Origin: a virus
Lineage: Duplodnaviria; Heunggongvirae; Uroviricota; Caudoviricetes
Direction: 5' to 3' (one strand)
Length of the DNA stretch: 14,363 bases
Virus record (IMG/VR): IMGVR_UViG_2681813233_000009
Position numbers and translations under genes: made by a program. The notes beneath the pieces are model-generated. The model was not told where the DNA came from and searched no databases. It saw nothing but the letters and a program-made list of their open reading frames with translations. This document shows positions 1 to 8,041 of the stretch, piece after piece. The stretch's first letter is position 1; every line of letters starts with the position of its first letter.

Positions 1-20
1 TCTGGATAATGCCAGCGTAG
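1..20. repeat. attL-side copy of att core (direct repeat; may extend left of the window)
   Basis: Identical to 14033-14052; sequences diverge immediately 3' of ...gcgtag (tcgtggcg here versus ggaagtca at the right copy). Confidence 0.7.
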
Positions 21-107
21 TCGTGGCGATTATCCTCATATAAATCAAAAGATTATTGCTCCTTTTCGTCCCGTATTGTTCAGCCGTAACACATTGAGGC
101 TCTCCAA

Positions 108-1463
108 ATGGGACACAAAACCATACGCCACACCATTAAACGTAACGGAATCTATTACGTTCGCTTCCGTCTGCCTGATAACAAGTTTTTCCGTAAGTCT
201 TTAGAGACTGACAGCCACACCCAGGCGCAGTTGCTCATGTCTTTTGCTTCTCCTGTAATCCCTCTGGTTCAACGTGGAACCATTCACCCGGATCAGTTTT
301 GTCAACGTCTTTCTGATTTCAGCAACCGCTTAAAGCAACAGAATGAACACTGGCTGGTTCAACAATTTCTCAGTGATGAACGGCGCAATCTTCAGCCGAT
401 AGTTGTTCAGGAATACCGCGAGGTTGTTGCGCCTTCAGAAGATGAGGAAGAACAAACAGAAGCACAGTCAAAGGATGTGTTAACACTGGCTGGCGCTTGG
501 AATATGTACAAAAAGGAAAAAGCCCAAAACTGGACGAAGGCAATTTCACAGGCCAATGAGCGCTTTATGGAAGTCATGTTCATTGTCGTGGGTGCATCTA
601 AAGATGTAACCACGATTACCAAGCAAGACATTAAACAGGTAATGGAGGTTGTTGAAAACTTGCCTAAGCGTGTTGTACAGCCTTACCGTTCGATGACGGT
701 TCAGCAACTGATCGAGTGTGATGATGTTCCGCCTGAAGATTTGGTTGGCGCTGAGTCTATCCACAAGCATTTGAAGATTTACAAATCGTTGTTTAAAACC
801 TTCCTGACAGACAATAAAGATATTCTGGAGAAGTCTCCGACTGATGGAGTGGTCGCCTCACCATCTAAAGCAAGGTTTGGTGCATATAGCGCAGCAGAAA
901 TGAGAAAGTTTGTGGGGTGGGCGCTCAAGCAGCCTGACGGGTGGCAGAAGTGGATCACTTTGCTGTTGGCGTACACGGGAGCCAGAAGAGGGGAGATCGC
1001 CAAGCTGGAGAAATCACAGATCAAATTTGATGAAGATAGCCAGCGGCACTATCTCCTGATCGCGGAAGGAGGGCAGGGTAAAACCGAGAACGCTACAAGG
1101 CAGGTGGCGATCCATCCCAAACTCATCGAGTGGGGGTTCCTCGAATTTGTAAATCGCCAATGGAAAGAGAAAATCTTCTCGCCTGTGTCGGGTAAGAACA
1201 TGCCGAAGATCGGCAAAGTTTTAGCCGATGTCCGCGATCAGCTTGGTATTCCGTACCTTGATGATTATGGGCAGCGGCGGCTAGTTCACAGTTTCCGGCA
1301 TACCATGATTTCAACCTGTTTAGCAGGCTGGGTTGGTAATCTGGCACACCTGCAACAGGTGGTAGGCCATGAGAAAAGCGGTTCAGGGATCACTAGACGC
1401 TACCTACACACGTTCCCTTTATCAACGATCTGTTATGTGATTGATGGGTTGGGTTGGGAATAG
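108..1463 (+). CDS. int: Tyrosine site-specific integrase (phage integrase family), 451 aa
   Basis: ATG at 108 with GAGG 8 nt upstream; C-terminal catalytic motifs readable in the translation: ...TGARRGEIAKL... (Arg), HSFRHT (His-x-x-Arg), VGHEKSG (His), TRRYLH (Tyr nucleophile); sits next to the att repeat. Confidence 0.9.
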   Translation: MGHKTIRHTIKRNGIYYVRFRLPDNKFFRKSLETDSHTQAQLLMSFASPVIPLVQRGTIHPDQFCQRLSDFSNRLKQQNEHWLVQQFLSDERRNLQPIVVQEYREVVAPSEDEEEQTEAQSKDVLTLAGAWNMYKKEKAQNWTKAISQANERFMEVMFIVVGASKDVTTITKQDIKQVMEVVENLPKRVVQPYRSMTVQQLIECDDVPPEDLVGAESIHKHLKIYKSLFKTFLTDNKDILEKSPTDGVVASPSKARFGAYSAAEMRKFVGWALKQPDGWQKWITLLLAYTGARRGEIAKLEKSQIKFDEDSQRHYLLIAEGGQGKTENATRQVAIHPKLIEWGFLEFVNRQWKEKIFSPVSGKNMPKIGKVLADVRDQLGIPYLDDYGQRRLVHSFRHTMISTCLAGWVGNLAHLQQVVGHEKSGSGITRRYLHTFPLSTICYVIDGLGWE

Positions 1464-1523
1464 CTGTTTATTAATAAAAGAAAAGCATTAGAAATATTTC
1501 CTTTAGTAAGTTTTTGGGTATCA

Positions 1524-1544
1524 TTCGCCCCGTAATGGGGCGAA
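1524..1544. terminator. Hairpin between the convergent int and cargo genes (possible weak bidirectional terminator)
   Basis: 8-bp stem ttcgcccc/ggggcgaa (1524-1531 with 1537-1544), loop gtaat; no clear U-tract on either strand, so function is uncertain. Confidence 0.3.
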
Positions 1545-1555
1545 ATCAAAACTAG

Positions 1556-2578
1556 CTATTCGGAAGTGACTTGGCTTTGCTTTTTTATCGTTCTGGTTTT
1601 CAACATTTCAATCTGGCCAGCTTCGGTTAATGACCAGAAAGTATTCATGCTGCCATTGGTGGTTTTTAAATATTCAATTTTTATCAAACCATATGCCCTA
1701 AATTGCACTCCTATCGTTTTAAGGTCTTGAGAAGATACTTTTGCTGATGTGCCTCCCTTGCCTGCGACCTTTTGAGCGCTTTTGGCAATTGTGTATGATA
1801 CGCTTGATTCAGTATAATATTGAGTGAGATAGGGGGAGATTGAGTGAAAAATATCCTTCCATTTCATTTTCACGGACCAGTGTTTTGTTCCACCGGGATC
1901 ATACCCGATTCGAGGAAAGGTGGACTCACATCTAAATTCAAAATCATCATCAAAGTCAGCCAGATCCAGATCAAGTGTTTGACTAAGATTACTTGTGGCC
2001 TTGGCTAGTTCACTTTTTAACCATTCATTCTCTTTTTGTAAATCAACCATAGCCCGTAAATCAGTTTCAGAAGACGTTAGGTTGGCTCTTACCCATCCGA
2101 TTGCTGGATAAGTTTTCATCGTTTTACTCATACTTAAAGCAACCAACCCGGGTAAATCTTTGGCTGTTGCCCATGTTTTCCTGAGACGATTGGTTGAGGC
2201 CTTCTCTATAAATGCAGCTAGCTTCTCTCTGAGTTCAGAATCTTTTTCAGATTTGGCTAAAGGTAGATTTTCCGGATTCTCATGTACCAAAACAACGACG
2301 CGTAAACCTTTTGAAACTGCGTAATCGAATTCCTTTTCCGTGTAACTTAAACCATCTTCCGCGACAGAGCCATAACGACCACCAATGATCAGCAGATAAT
2401 AATCACAGTCATCAATTACTTTTTTTATGAACTCCCATTGGCCTTCATCGATTGCTGGGAACAACTCCATGCCTGCTGGAATGCAATCCATTTCCATCAG
2501 AGTTTGTATGACGTGTTTTCGTTCTTCTTCTAAATCCGTAAAAGTTGAACTTACGAAAACCTGGTAACGTTTATCCAT
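1556..2578 (-). CDS. Cargo protein, 340 aa, with N-terminal DUF4062-like motif ([16 protein letters not shown]); candidate defense or abortive-infection protein
   Basis: ATG at 2576-2578 (minus) with AAGGGA RBS; uninterrupted 340-codon ORF; visibly more AT-rich than neighbouring genes; N-terminal FVSSTF-DL-EER motif matches my recollection of the DUF4062 family; central coiled-coil-like segment ([28 protein letters not shown]). Domain assignment not verified by HMM. Confidence 0.8.
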   Translation of the reverse strand: MDKRYQVFVSSTFTDLEEERKHVIQTLMEMDCIPAGMELFPAIDEGQWEFIKKVIDDCDYYLLIIGGRYGSVAEDGLSYTEKEFDYAVSKGLRVVVLVHENPENLPLAKSEKDSELREKLAAFIEKASTNRLRKTWATAKDLPGLVALSMSKTMKTYPAIGWVRANLTSSETDLRAMVDLQKENEWLKSELAKATSNLSQTLDLDLADFDDDFEFRCESTFPRIGYDPGGTKHWSVKMKWKDIFHSISPYLTQYYTESSVSYTIAKSAQKVAGKGGTSAKVSSQDLKTIGVQFRAYGLIKIEYLKTTNGSMNTFWSLTEAGQIEMLKTRTIKKQSQVTSE

Positions 2579-2584
2579 TTTTAT

Positions 2585-2616
2585 CCCTTAAAAGAGGAAG
2601 GGGCATTAGCCCCTTC
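2585..2616 (-). terminator. Putative intrinsic terminator or attenuator between the small Cys-rich ORF and the cargo gene
   Basis: 8-bp GC-rich stem gaaggggc/gccccttc (2597-2604 with 2609-2616), loop atta; on the minus-strand RNA it is followed by CCUCUUUU, which overlaps the RBS of the downstream cargo gene. Confidence 0.4.
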
Positions 2617-2624
2617 ATTCAACA

Positions 2625-2891
2625 TTAACCAGCGTGACGGTAGGATTCACGCACACCATCACGATAACCATCAGCGAACGCTGCTTGAGGACTTTTGTGG
2701 CGAACGGTTCCCGCCTGGCTATCAGGTAAGGCGGCTAAGTCTACCCAAACCTGACCCGTGCGAGCCAAGCCAGCGCGGTAACCCTGATCGTAAGCGCAGC
2801 CGCAACATTTATGGCGACCTTCACCACCTTGATCGTGAGGTAAGCTGATGAAAAGAGTATTGTAACGGTGTGACTGTTTACAAATGGTCAT
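2625..2891 (-). CDS. Small Cys-rich hypothetical protein, 88 aa (MTICKQSHRYNTLFISLPHDQGGEGRHKCCGCAYDQGY...)
   Basis: Internal ATG at 2889-2891 (minus) preceded by a strong AAGGAG RBS at 6-nt spacing; the longer track ORF (to 3014) has no RBS. GC-richer than the adjacent cargo gene. No family recognised. Confidence 0.5.
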   Translation of the reverse strand: MTICKQSHRYNTLFISLPHDQGGEGRHKCCGCAYDQGYRAGLARTGQVWVDLAALPDSQAGTVRHKSPQAAFADGYRDGVRESYRHAG

Positions 2892-3571
2892 GCAATGCTC
2901 CTTATGAGCGTTCATTTTAAGGTTTACATGATCCTCTTTGCCTGGCACAATCAAGCCGTCAGAAATGAAGGCAAGGCTAAGATTCATACGAGTTTGGCGA
3001 CTCCTATTGGTCATGCTTTGTAAGCCGGGTTCGTGAAAATGAATCCGGTTTTTTTATGCCTAAAAATCAGGCATGGCACTACATGTGGGGGTGGTCAATC
3101 AATGGTGGCCCCACATAGACGATATTCTAGTGATGATTCTTTTCTGCACAAGGGTTGATTTTGACGTTAAATTGAGGTTGTGAAAGGGTAAAAATGCAAA
3201 ACCCTGCACAGCATAAGGCTTGGAAGACATGTCAATGATTAAGAAAAAAAAATCAAAATTTGATCGAGTGCTGATTTCTTCAACGGGAGGTCAGAATTGC
3301 GCGACATGATGTCGCGTAATCTTTATAAGAATAATGAATGGCATTAGTCGTTTTTGATGGTCTCTTGTAACATATAGTTAACATATAGATGTTCGTGAAG
3401 GGAGAAAGGCGCGAAAGGTAAATGTTATCTGGATAGTCTACCAATGCCTGTACCAGTACGAAAAGAGCGCTAATCATACCGAACTTAATCTCATAAAGGT
3501 TTTCACGAGAGCGAAGGACGTTAACGCTAGATTGCGAAACGAAACATTTCATTCTCTTCAATCTTTGGGTA

Positions 3572-3610
3572 ATAAAAAAGGCTGACCCGTTAAGGTCAGC
3601 CTTCTTAAAA
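3572..3610 (-). terminator. Rho-independent terminator ending the minus-strand capsid operon (bidirectional-looking)
   Basis: 8-bp stem ggctgacc/ggtcagcc (3580-3587 with 3594-3601), loop cgttaa; A-run 3572-3579 on plus (U-run after the stem on the minus RNA); ttctt follows on the plus strand. Confidence 0.6.
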
Positions 3611-3622
3611 TCAATGTGTTAC

Positions 3623-3811
3623 TTACTTCTTTTGACGCTGTTTAGCGATCATAACGTTAAGCGCGTATTCAAAACCGTGTTGCGATTCCAAACGGCTAAA
3701 CGTCACGTTACACAGGCCCAACTCTCTACACAGTGCTTTACGGTTTACGACCTCCGCCGCGCCAGATACATAGACTTGACCAGCGCCGGGGATATTGATT
3801 GAAACTTTCAT
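3623..3811 (-). CDS. Hypothetical small protein, 62 aa, last gene of the capsid operon
   Basis: ATG at 3809-3811 (minus) with GAGGTG upstream; co-directional with the capsid gene and followed by the terminator at 3572-3610. The overlapping plus-strand ORF 3614-3802 lacks this context. Confidence 0.45.
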   Translation of the reverse strand: MKVSINIPGAGQVYVSGAAEVVNRKALCRELGLCNVTFSRLESQHGFEYALNVMIAKQRQKK

Positions 3812-3903
3812 GTGTCACCTCAAAAATAAAAGTAAAAATGAATATAACCGGAAGAGATAACCCCCAGCCGATACCCAAAGGGCGCGACCGGGGGCATTCT
3901 CTA

Positions 3904-4923
3904 TTACTTCAGCTTGACGTTCAGCATGTAGTTCGGGCGCAGGTTCAGAGGAATGAAGCTCGCCTCTTGGTGAACGGTCACCATGCCGTAACGGTCAGTC
4001 ATTACTTTTTGGTAGTAAGGGCTGATCACACCTTTAGCGGAGATATCCTGATTACGTGAAGCCGGGCCGCGTACCAGTTTGAACGGGTTACGATCCGCTG
4101 CACTGAACTTTGGAACGAACAGGCCGGAACCTGCCGCGATTTCGTAGCGGTCATCGTCCGCCAGAATGAAAGTAATGTTGCCAATGCTGAAGGAGTCATA
4201 ACCCGCAGTGTTAACCGGGATCAGAGCGCCTTTTGCAGCCTCCGCCACTTTGTTGGTGATCAGGCTGGTTACTTCTGGGTGGCTCGCCAGAACGTCATAC
4301 AGATCCGGGGAGCAGAAGCAATAGAAGCGGTCCAGATAGGAGCGGCTCGCGCCGTACTCTTTAACCAACATGCGGCGAATCTTCGCAAGCTGTGCATAGA
4401 CGTTAGCGCCTGCTGAACCGTCGAGGTCGAAACTCAGCGGAGCAGTACCAAACACAGCGTTAAAATCTACGTCGCCGTCATCCGTTTTAGCCGCTTTCGC
4501 TTCCTGCTTGAACAGGGCGCGGGCCAGTGTGCTTTCAACTGTTTCCAGATGATAGTTACGCATACGGATAGCTTTATCAGCAATAACAGATGTGATCGCC
4601 TGAGCCTGATCCGGGTTAGCCGGGCTTACCAGGCCTTGCCAGTCAGCGGTTTTTACATCCGCCTCAGTGGCATAGTGTGGGATCTCCTGGTTACGCAGGA
4701 TGGTTTTATCCATCATGATCGCGTTAACTTCGGTGCCATAGCGGGCAACCTGCTCCAGTTCACTAACCTGAGTTTCCACAATATCCACAATCTGGGCGTT
4801 TGGAGTGGTTGAGTTAACATCGGAGAAGATACCCAGATCAGAGATCAGGTAATTACCTGCTGGTTGATCTTTGATCGCCGCTACAGTGTCCAGCTTTTCA
4901 AACTGTTTAAAATCAATAGCCAT
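3904..4923 (-). CDS. Putative phage major capsid protein, 339 aa (family not verified)
   Basis: ATG at 4921-4923 (minus), AGGAA RBS; starts 12 bp after the stop of the upstream small gene (small-gene/capsid-gene arrangement as in lambda D-E); A/D/S/T-rich composition typical of virion proteins. Capsid assignment is by context and gestalt, not by alignment. Confidence 0.6.
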   Translation of the reverse strand: MAIDFKQFEKLDTVAAIKDQPAGNYLISDLGIFSDVNSTTPNAQIVDIVETQVSELEQVARYGTEVNAIMMDKTILRNQEIPHYATEADVKTADWQGLVSPANPDQAQAITSVIADKAIRMRNYHLETVESTLARALFKQEAKAAKTDDGDVDFNAVFGTAPLSFDLDGSAGANVYAQLAKIRRMLVKEYGASRSYLDRFYCFCSPDLYDVLASHPEVTSLITNKVAEAAKGALIPVNTAGYDSFSIGNITFILADDDRYEIAAGSGLFVPKFSAADRNPFKLVRGPASRNQDISAKGVISPYYQKVMTDRYGMVTVHQEASFIPLNLRPNYMLNVKLK

Positions 4924-4935
4924 TGTGTGATTTCC

Positions 4936-5307
4936 TTATGCTTTGAAGTAATCGGCGTTGATAGCCAGGCGAATATCACCGGAGGCTGTCAGCGCTTCCA
5001 GTGCGGCTTTTTTGCTCGCGGCGTCTTTAGCACGTAGGGCAAAATCGGTAATCACAACATGGCGATCCACGATAACCAGCGTTTTAGTCTTGCCATCGGC
5101 GGACATATTGGAAAGGTTAATGATCGGCTTGCCAGCTTCAGCGGCGGCGGAGTCGAACAGGGCAAAAGTTTTGCTGTCCAGAATATCGCCACAGTAGACG
5201 TCAGCCGGGAGGCTTGGGGCGGTTACTTCGGTGCGGTCAAACAGGCTGGAGGCGTAGTTGACGATTACGTCACCTTGCGTTACCGGGTAGCGCTCGGAAG
5301 TTTTCAT
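4936..5307 (-). CDS. Putative head decoration or capsid-associated protein, 123 aa
   Basis: ATG at 5305-5307 (minus) with AAGGAAAA RBS; the track ORF extends to 5451 but lacks an RBS there; tightly coupled (12 bp) to the downstream capsid gene. Confidence 0.5.
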   Translation of the reverse strand: MKTSERYPVTQGDVIVNYASSLFDRTEVTAPSLPADVYCGDILDSKTFALFDSAAAEAGKPIINLSNMSADGKTKTLVIVDRHVVITDFALRAKDAASKKAALEALTASGDIRLAINADYFKA

Positions 5308-5437
5308 AAAGGTTTTCCTTATGGAGGGTTTTAGACGTGGAGAGAGTCCACAGGATGATCCGGCGTTGCACCGAATATAAGGACCGCCACAGAGGACAAT
5401 CCGAATTGTTGGAAGATGGGAGGCCGTGGATTGAATA

Positions 5438-5467
5438 GAAGAGGGCGGCATCCGCGCCGCCCTTTCT
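5438..5467 (-). terminator. GC hairpin with flanking U-rich tracts upstream of the capsid operon (possible leader terminator)
   Basis: 7-bp stem gggcggc/gccgccc (5443-5449 with 5456-5462), loop atccgc; tttct follows on plus, and tcttctatt follows on the minus RNA; lies about 135 bp upstream of the decoration-gene start. Confidence 0.4.
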
Positions 5468-6551
5468 AATCTGGCTCTCTCTCACCCTCGCGGGTGGGGA
5501 AGGATATTTATCCTTTTGTGTGGATACTTGCCGCCCCTGGTGGCGTCACGTCGAATAGCACCAACCTTTTGGCAAATACCCACAAAAAAGAACCCGGCTG
5601 GAGGAACCGGGGTGGACAATGTAACTTACTGTATGATCACTTGTTTTCCTGTGTAGCCTCAGAGCCTTACATGATTTGCTTTCATGGTTCAGCAAAGAAG
5701 CCACAGAGGAAAACGGGCACCCTGAACGCGCCCGGAAACCATCGACGCAAATCAATAGTTTATCGTTGAGACCAGGTAACCAGCCCGGCCCAACTGTGAC
5801 CCCGTGGAGGGTCGATACAATTGAAGGAGATTCGCTTGTATTCTGAAGAGCCGCAGTTAGCGACGCTTTAGAATAGGGCCTGTGGCGCAAGCACTATGAT
5901 TAGAGGCGTTTTGAATCGTAGGAGTGAAACAATCGGCGGAACTTGAGGAGAGGACCGCACACAAAGCATTCTGGCAAGTGGAGTTGAAAGAACACTTTGG
6001 GTGAGGGCCGGGGCGGGGGAGAAGCCGCCCGGCTCACTCAGTACAGATCCTAATTGCACACGTTGCGACTCTGTACAGGTGGGGGGCGTGACAAGCTGCA
6101 AAACGGTAATTTCGATATCCTCGCCACACCCCACACCATGTATATTAGTTTAACACGAATGATTATCATTTGCAATAAAAATTAATTGCATTGTGTTGAG
6201 TCTTATGATATTGGCGGCCACACACGTGACGGATCAGATCTGCATTAATTTTTATTAGTGAGTGGTCTGACTCAGGGAGGGCTATGTGTCCCAAAAGACA
6301 CACGAAGTAATAATAGATATATAAGACCTCGCTACGCTCGCCCTCCGGGTCCGTCTTATTGATCTTATATAATAACTTCATTCAATAACTAATTGTTTTC
6401 ACAATTAATCATTTCATTCGTTATTATATGATCTTAAAACCTTCTCGCCCTTTGGGCTTACCAGGTTTTAGGCCGGGGCCTATTTCCCCACAATGTAGAG
6501 TCTCGCCTGTGTGGCTCATCTCCCGGGGGGCATTTTGAAACAAGGGTGTAC

Positions 6552-6612
6552 TGACAAAATGTCACAACGTGTTATGACAGATTGGCACAACGTGTTATGA
6601 CAAAATGTCACA
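6552..6612. promoter_or_regulatory. Cluster of dyad-symmetric repeats (operator- or iteron-like)
   Basis: 17-mer cacaacgtgttatgaca occurs twice (6563-6579 and 6586-6602), 6 bp apart; 15-mer tgacaaaatgtcaca occurs twice (6552-6566 and 6598-6612); each unit is itself a near-palindrome (TGACA-aaa-TGTCA; TGTCAcAACG/tGTTaTGACA). Confidence 0.5.
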
Positions 6613-7052
6613 TAATAAGATAAGTATATAAAACACCCTTAAAAGACAAACACCTAGGGCCAGGTCAAGATCTTAAAGAGATTGAGGGTGAATTATTGAT
6701 TGAACAATCAAGAGATCAGACTCTTTAGGAAAGAGCCTTACAGGCTCGCCTCCCTTTTGGGGCAATCGCAGAAACAGAAACCGCAACGCGGTTTTCTTTT
6801 CTGCTCTTTGGGAACACCGGAACGATGTGAAGGTGACATCTGGGCGGCGGGGTGGGGTGCCCGGCGCGGAGTGATACACAGTACAGAACCACAACCCACA
6901 GGAACCAACCTAAACGCGCCTCTGTGGCGCTCTCTCATATGCAGACACGGAAACACCTTATAAACACCCTGCGCCTCACTGAGAGCGTTACAGCGGCTTT
7001 CTATGCCTCTAGCACAATAAACAACTGAGCGCAAGATAAATCAAGAAAGTTG

Positions 7053-7081
7053 TTGCGAATCATTGTCAAATAGTGTAAAAT
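7053..7081 (+). promoter_or_regulatory. Candidate sigma70 promoter for the plus-strand operon
   Basis: TTGCGA (7053-7058), 17-bp spacer, TAAAAT (7076-7081), about 75 bp upstream of the ATG at 7156. Read by eye only. Confidence 0.3.
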
Positions 7082-7155
7082 AGATACTGTGATGAGGTAT
7101 TTATTCGAATATATAGATCCCCATCATACTATAACAAACATGAAAGGAGATTGCA

Positions 7156-7581
7156 ATGAGTATTTACCTCGATGTTGAAAAAATGGTTGAACGTGTCGAT
7201 CAGCGTGACCTGACCCGTAAGACCCTGACAGAAACCCGTAGCCGAATGAAAGCCGCCGGACGTATGGGAGAAGTTGAAGCGATTACGCAGGCCCTTGAAA
7301 TGACCAAATCAAAAGCATCCGGCGTCATGCGACAGTCTCAACGTATCGCTGCAAAGATCACCGAGATGGACGCAGAGAAAGCACTTGAAGTTAAAGCAGC
7401 CGTTTCGCTGTTCGCTTCCAAGTCTACAGACATGCAAGCCTCCATTGTGCTGGCGTTCCAATCCCTCTTTGAGGCTAAAGGCGTCCCGATGGAATACGAC
7501 GAAGTGATGGCTTTTATCATGCTGCAAGCGGCGGATCAGTTTGAGCGTATCACCGGAGAGTTGCCCGTTATCGTTCACTAA
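7156..7581 (+). CDS. Hypothetical protein, 141 aa
   Basis: ATG with AAAGGAGA RBS; first gene of a co-directional, tightly packed gene string; no family recognised. Confidence 0.7.
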   Translation: MSIYLDVEKMVERVDQRDLTRKTLTETRSRMKAAGRMGEVEAITQALEMTKSKASGVMRQSQRIAAKITEMDAEKALEVKAAVSLFASKSTDMQASIVLAFQSLFEAKGVPMEYDEVMAFIMLQAADQFERITGELPVIVH

Positions 7582-7610
7582 TTATTCATTTACTTTTTGG
7601 AGAGGAAACA

Positions 7611-7862
7611 ATGAGCAAATATCAGCCGTATGTTGATTTGAGTGATTCCCCTGTGTTGTCGGCGTATGCACAGCAGACGATCAACCAGTTGGACCCAACC
7701 CTGTACGATGACATTTACGAAATGTTGAAGCAGGTTAGTCCCTCCAAGTTGGTGACGATTGGCAACCCGGCGATCACCGCCCCGGCGTCATGGTGGGGTG
7801 ATTGGTTCGGCCTCAACCTCACCGCTGAAGACATCGCAGAATTACAGGAGATTGATCTCTAA
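7611..7862 (+). CDS. Hypothetical protein, 83 aa
   Basis: ATG at 7611 with GGAGAGGA RBS; its stop overlaps the next start (TAATG). Confidence 0.65.
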   Translation: MSKYQPYVDLSDSPVLSAYAQQTINQLDPTLYDDIYEMLKQVSPSKLVTIGNPAITAPASWWGDWFGLNLTAEDIAELQEIDL

Positions 7863-8041
7863 TGCAGATTGAATTTTCCCCCGAAGTGGCGGATCAGCTT
7901 TTTGAGTTGGCCCGCACAAGGAAGCACGGCTCCGCCTACGCAATCGTAAGAAAAGCAGTTAAGCAGTATTTGGATTCAGTTGAAGCTATTAACCCTGTTG
8001 AAGAGGATTTAACCCATGACCGCAGCACCCGCAGCAAGTAA
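7862..8041 (+). CDS. Small ribbon-helix-helix-like DNA-binding protein, 59 aa (absent from the ORF track)
   Basis: ATG at 7862-7864 overlapping the upstream stop (TAATG); translation MQIEFSPEVADQLFELARTRKHGSAYAIVRKAVKQYLDSVEAINPVEEDLTHDRSTRSK has an RHH-like strand-helix-Gly-helix pattern; overlaps the next gene by 26 nt in another frame. Confidence 0.5.
   Translation: MQIEFSPEVADQLFELARTRKHGSAYAIVRKAVKQYLDSVEAINPVEEDLTHDRSTRSK

Noticed and set aside
407-1347. Four minus-strand ORFs (407-631, 546-770, 779-1024, 1123-1347) inside the integrase gene
   Set aside because: They lie antisense to a well-supported integrase CDS, lack RBS and recognisable protein character; treated as shadow ORFs.
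2892-3014. N-terminal extension of the Cys-rich ORF to 129 aa
   Set aside because: The upstream start has no RBS, whereas the internal ATG at 2889-2891 has a canonical AAGGAG; the shorter form is preferred.
3280-3561. 93-aa minus-strand ORF in the AT-rich spacer
   Set aside because: Track start is TTG; the first ATG has only a weak RBS; composition looks like AT-rich random sequence. It may still be a small membrane peptide, but there is not enough support to call it.
3614-3802. Plus-strand 62-aa ORF overlapping the minus-strand 62-aa ORF
   Set aside because: The minus-strand ORF fits the operon context (co-directional with the capsid gene, followed by the terminator); the plus-strand ORF has no such support.
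3799-5485. ORFs antisense to or nested in the capsid and decoration genes (3799-4059, 4549-4812, 4958-5197, 5059-5334, 5270-5485)
   Set aside because: Shadow ORFs of supported CDSs; no RBS or coding character.
5494-7034. Seven ORFs of 71-114 aa in the 1.7-kb region
   Set aside because: Mutually overlapping on both strands, no RBS, and translations look like random sequence; the region is treated as non-coding (possible decayed pseudogenes not excluded).
7309-7578. Two minus-strand ORFs (7309-7578, 7338-7520) antisense to the 141-aa gene
   Set aside because: Shadow ORFs of a supported CDS; no RBS or coding character.
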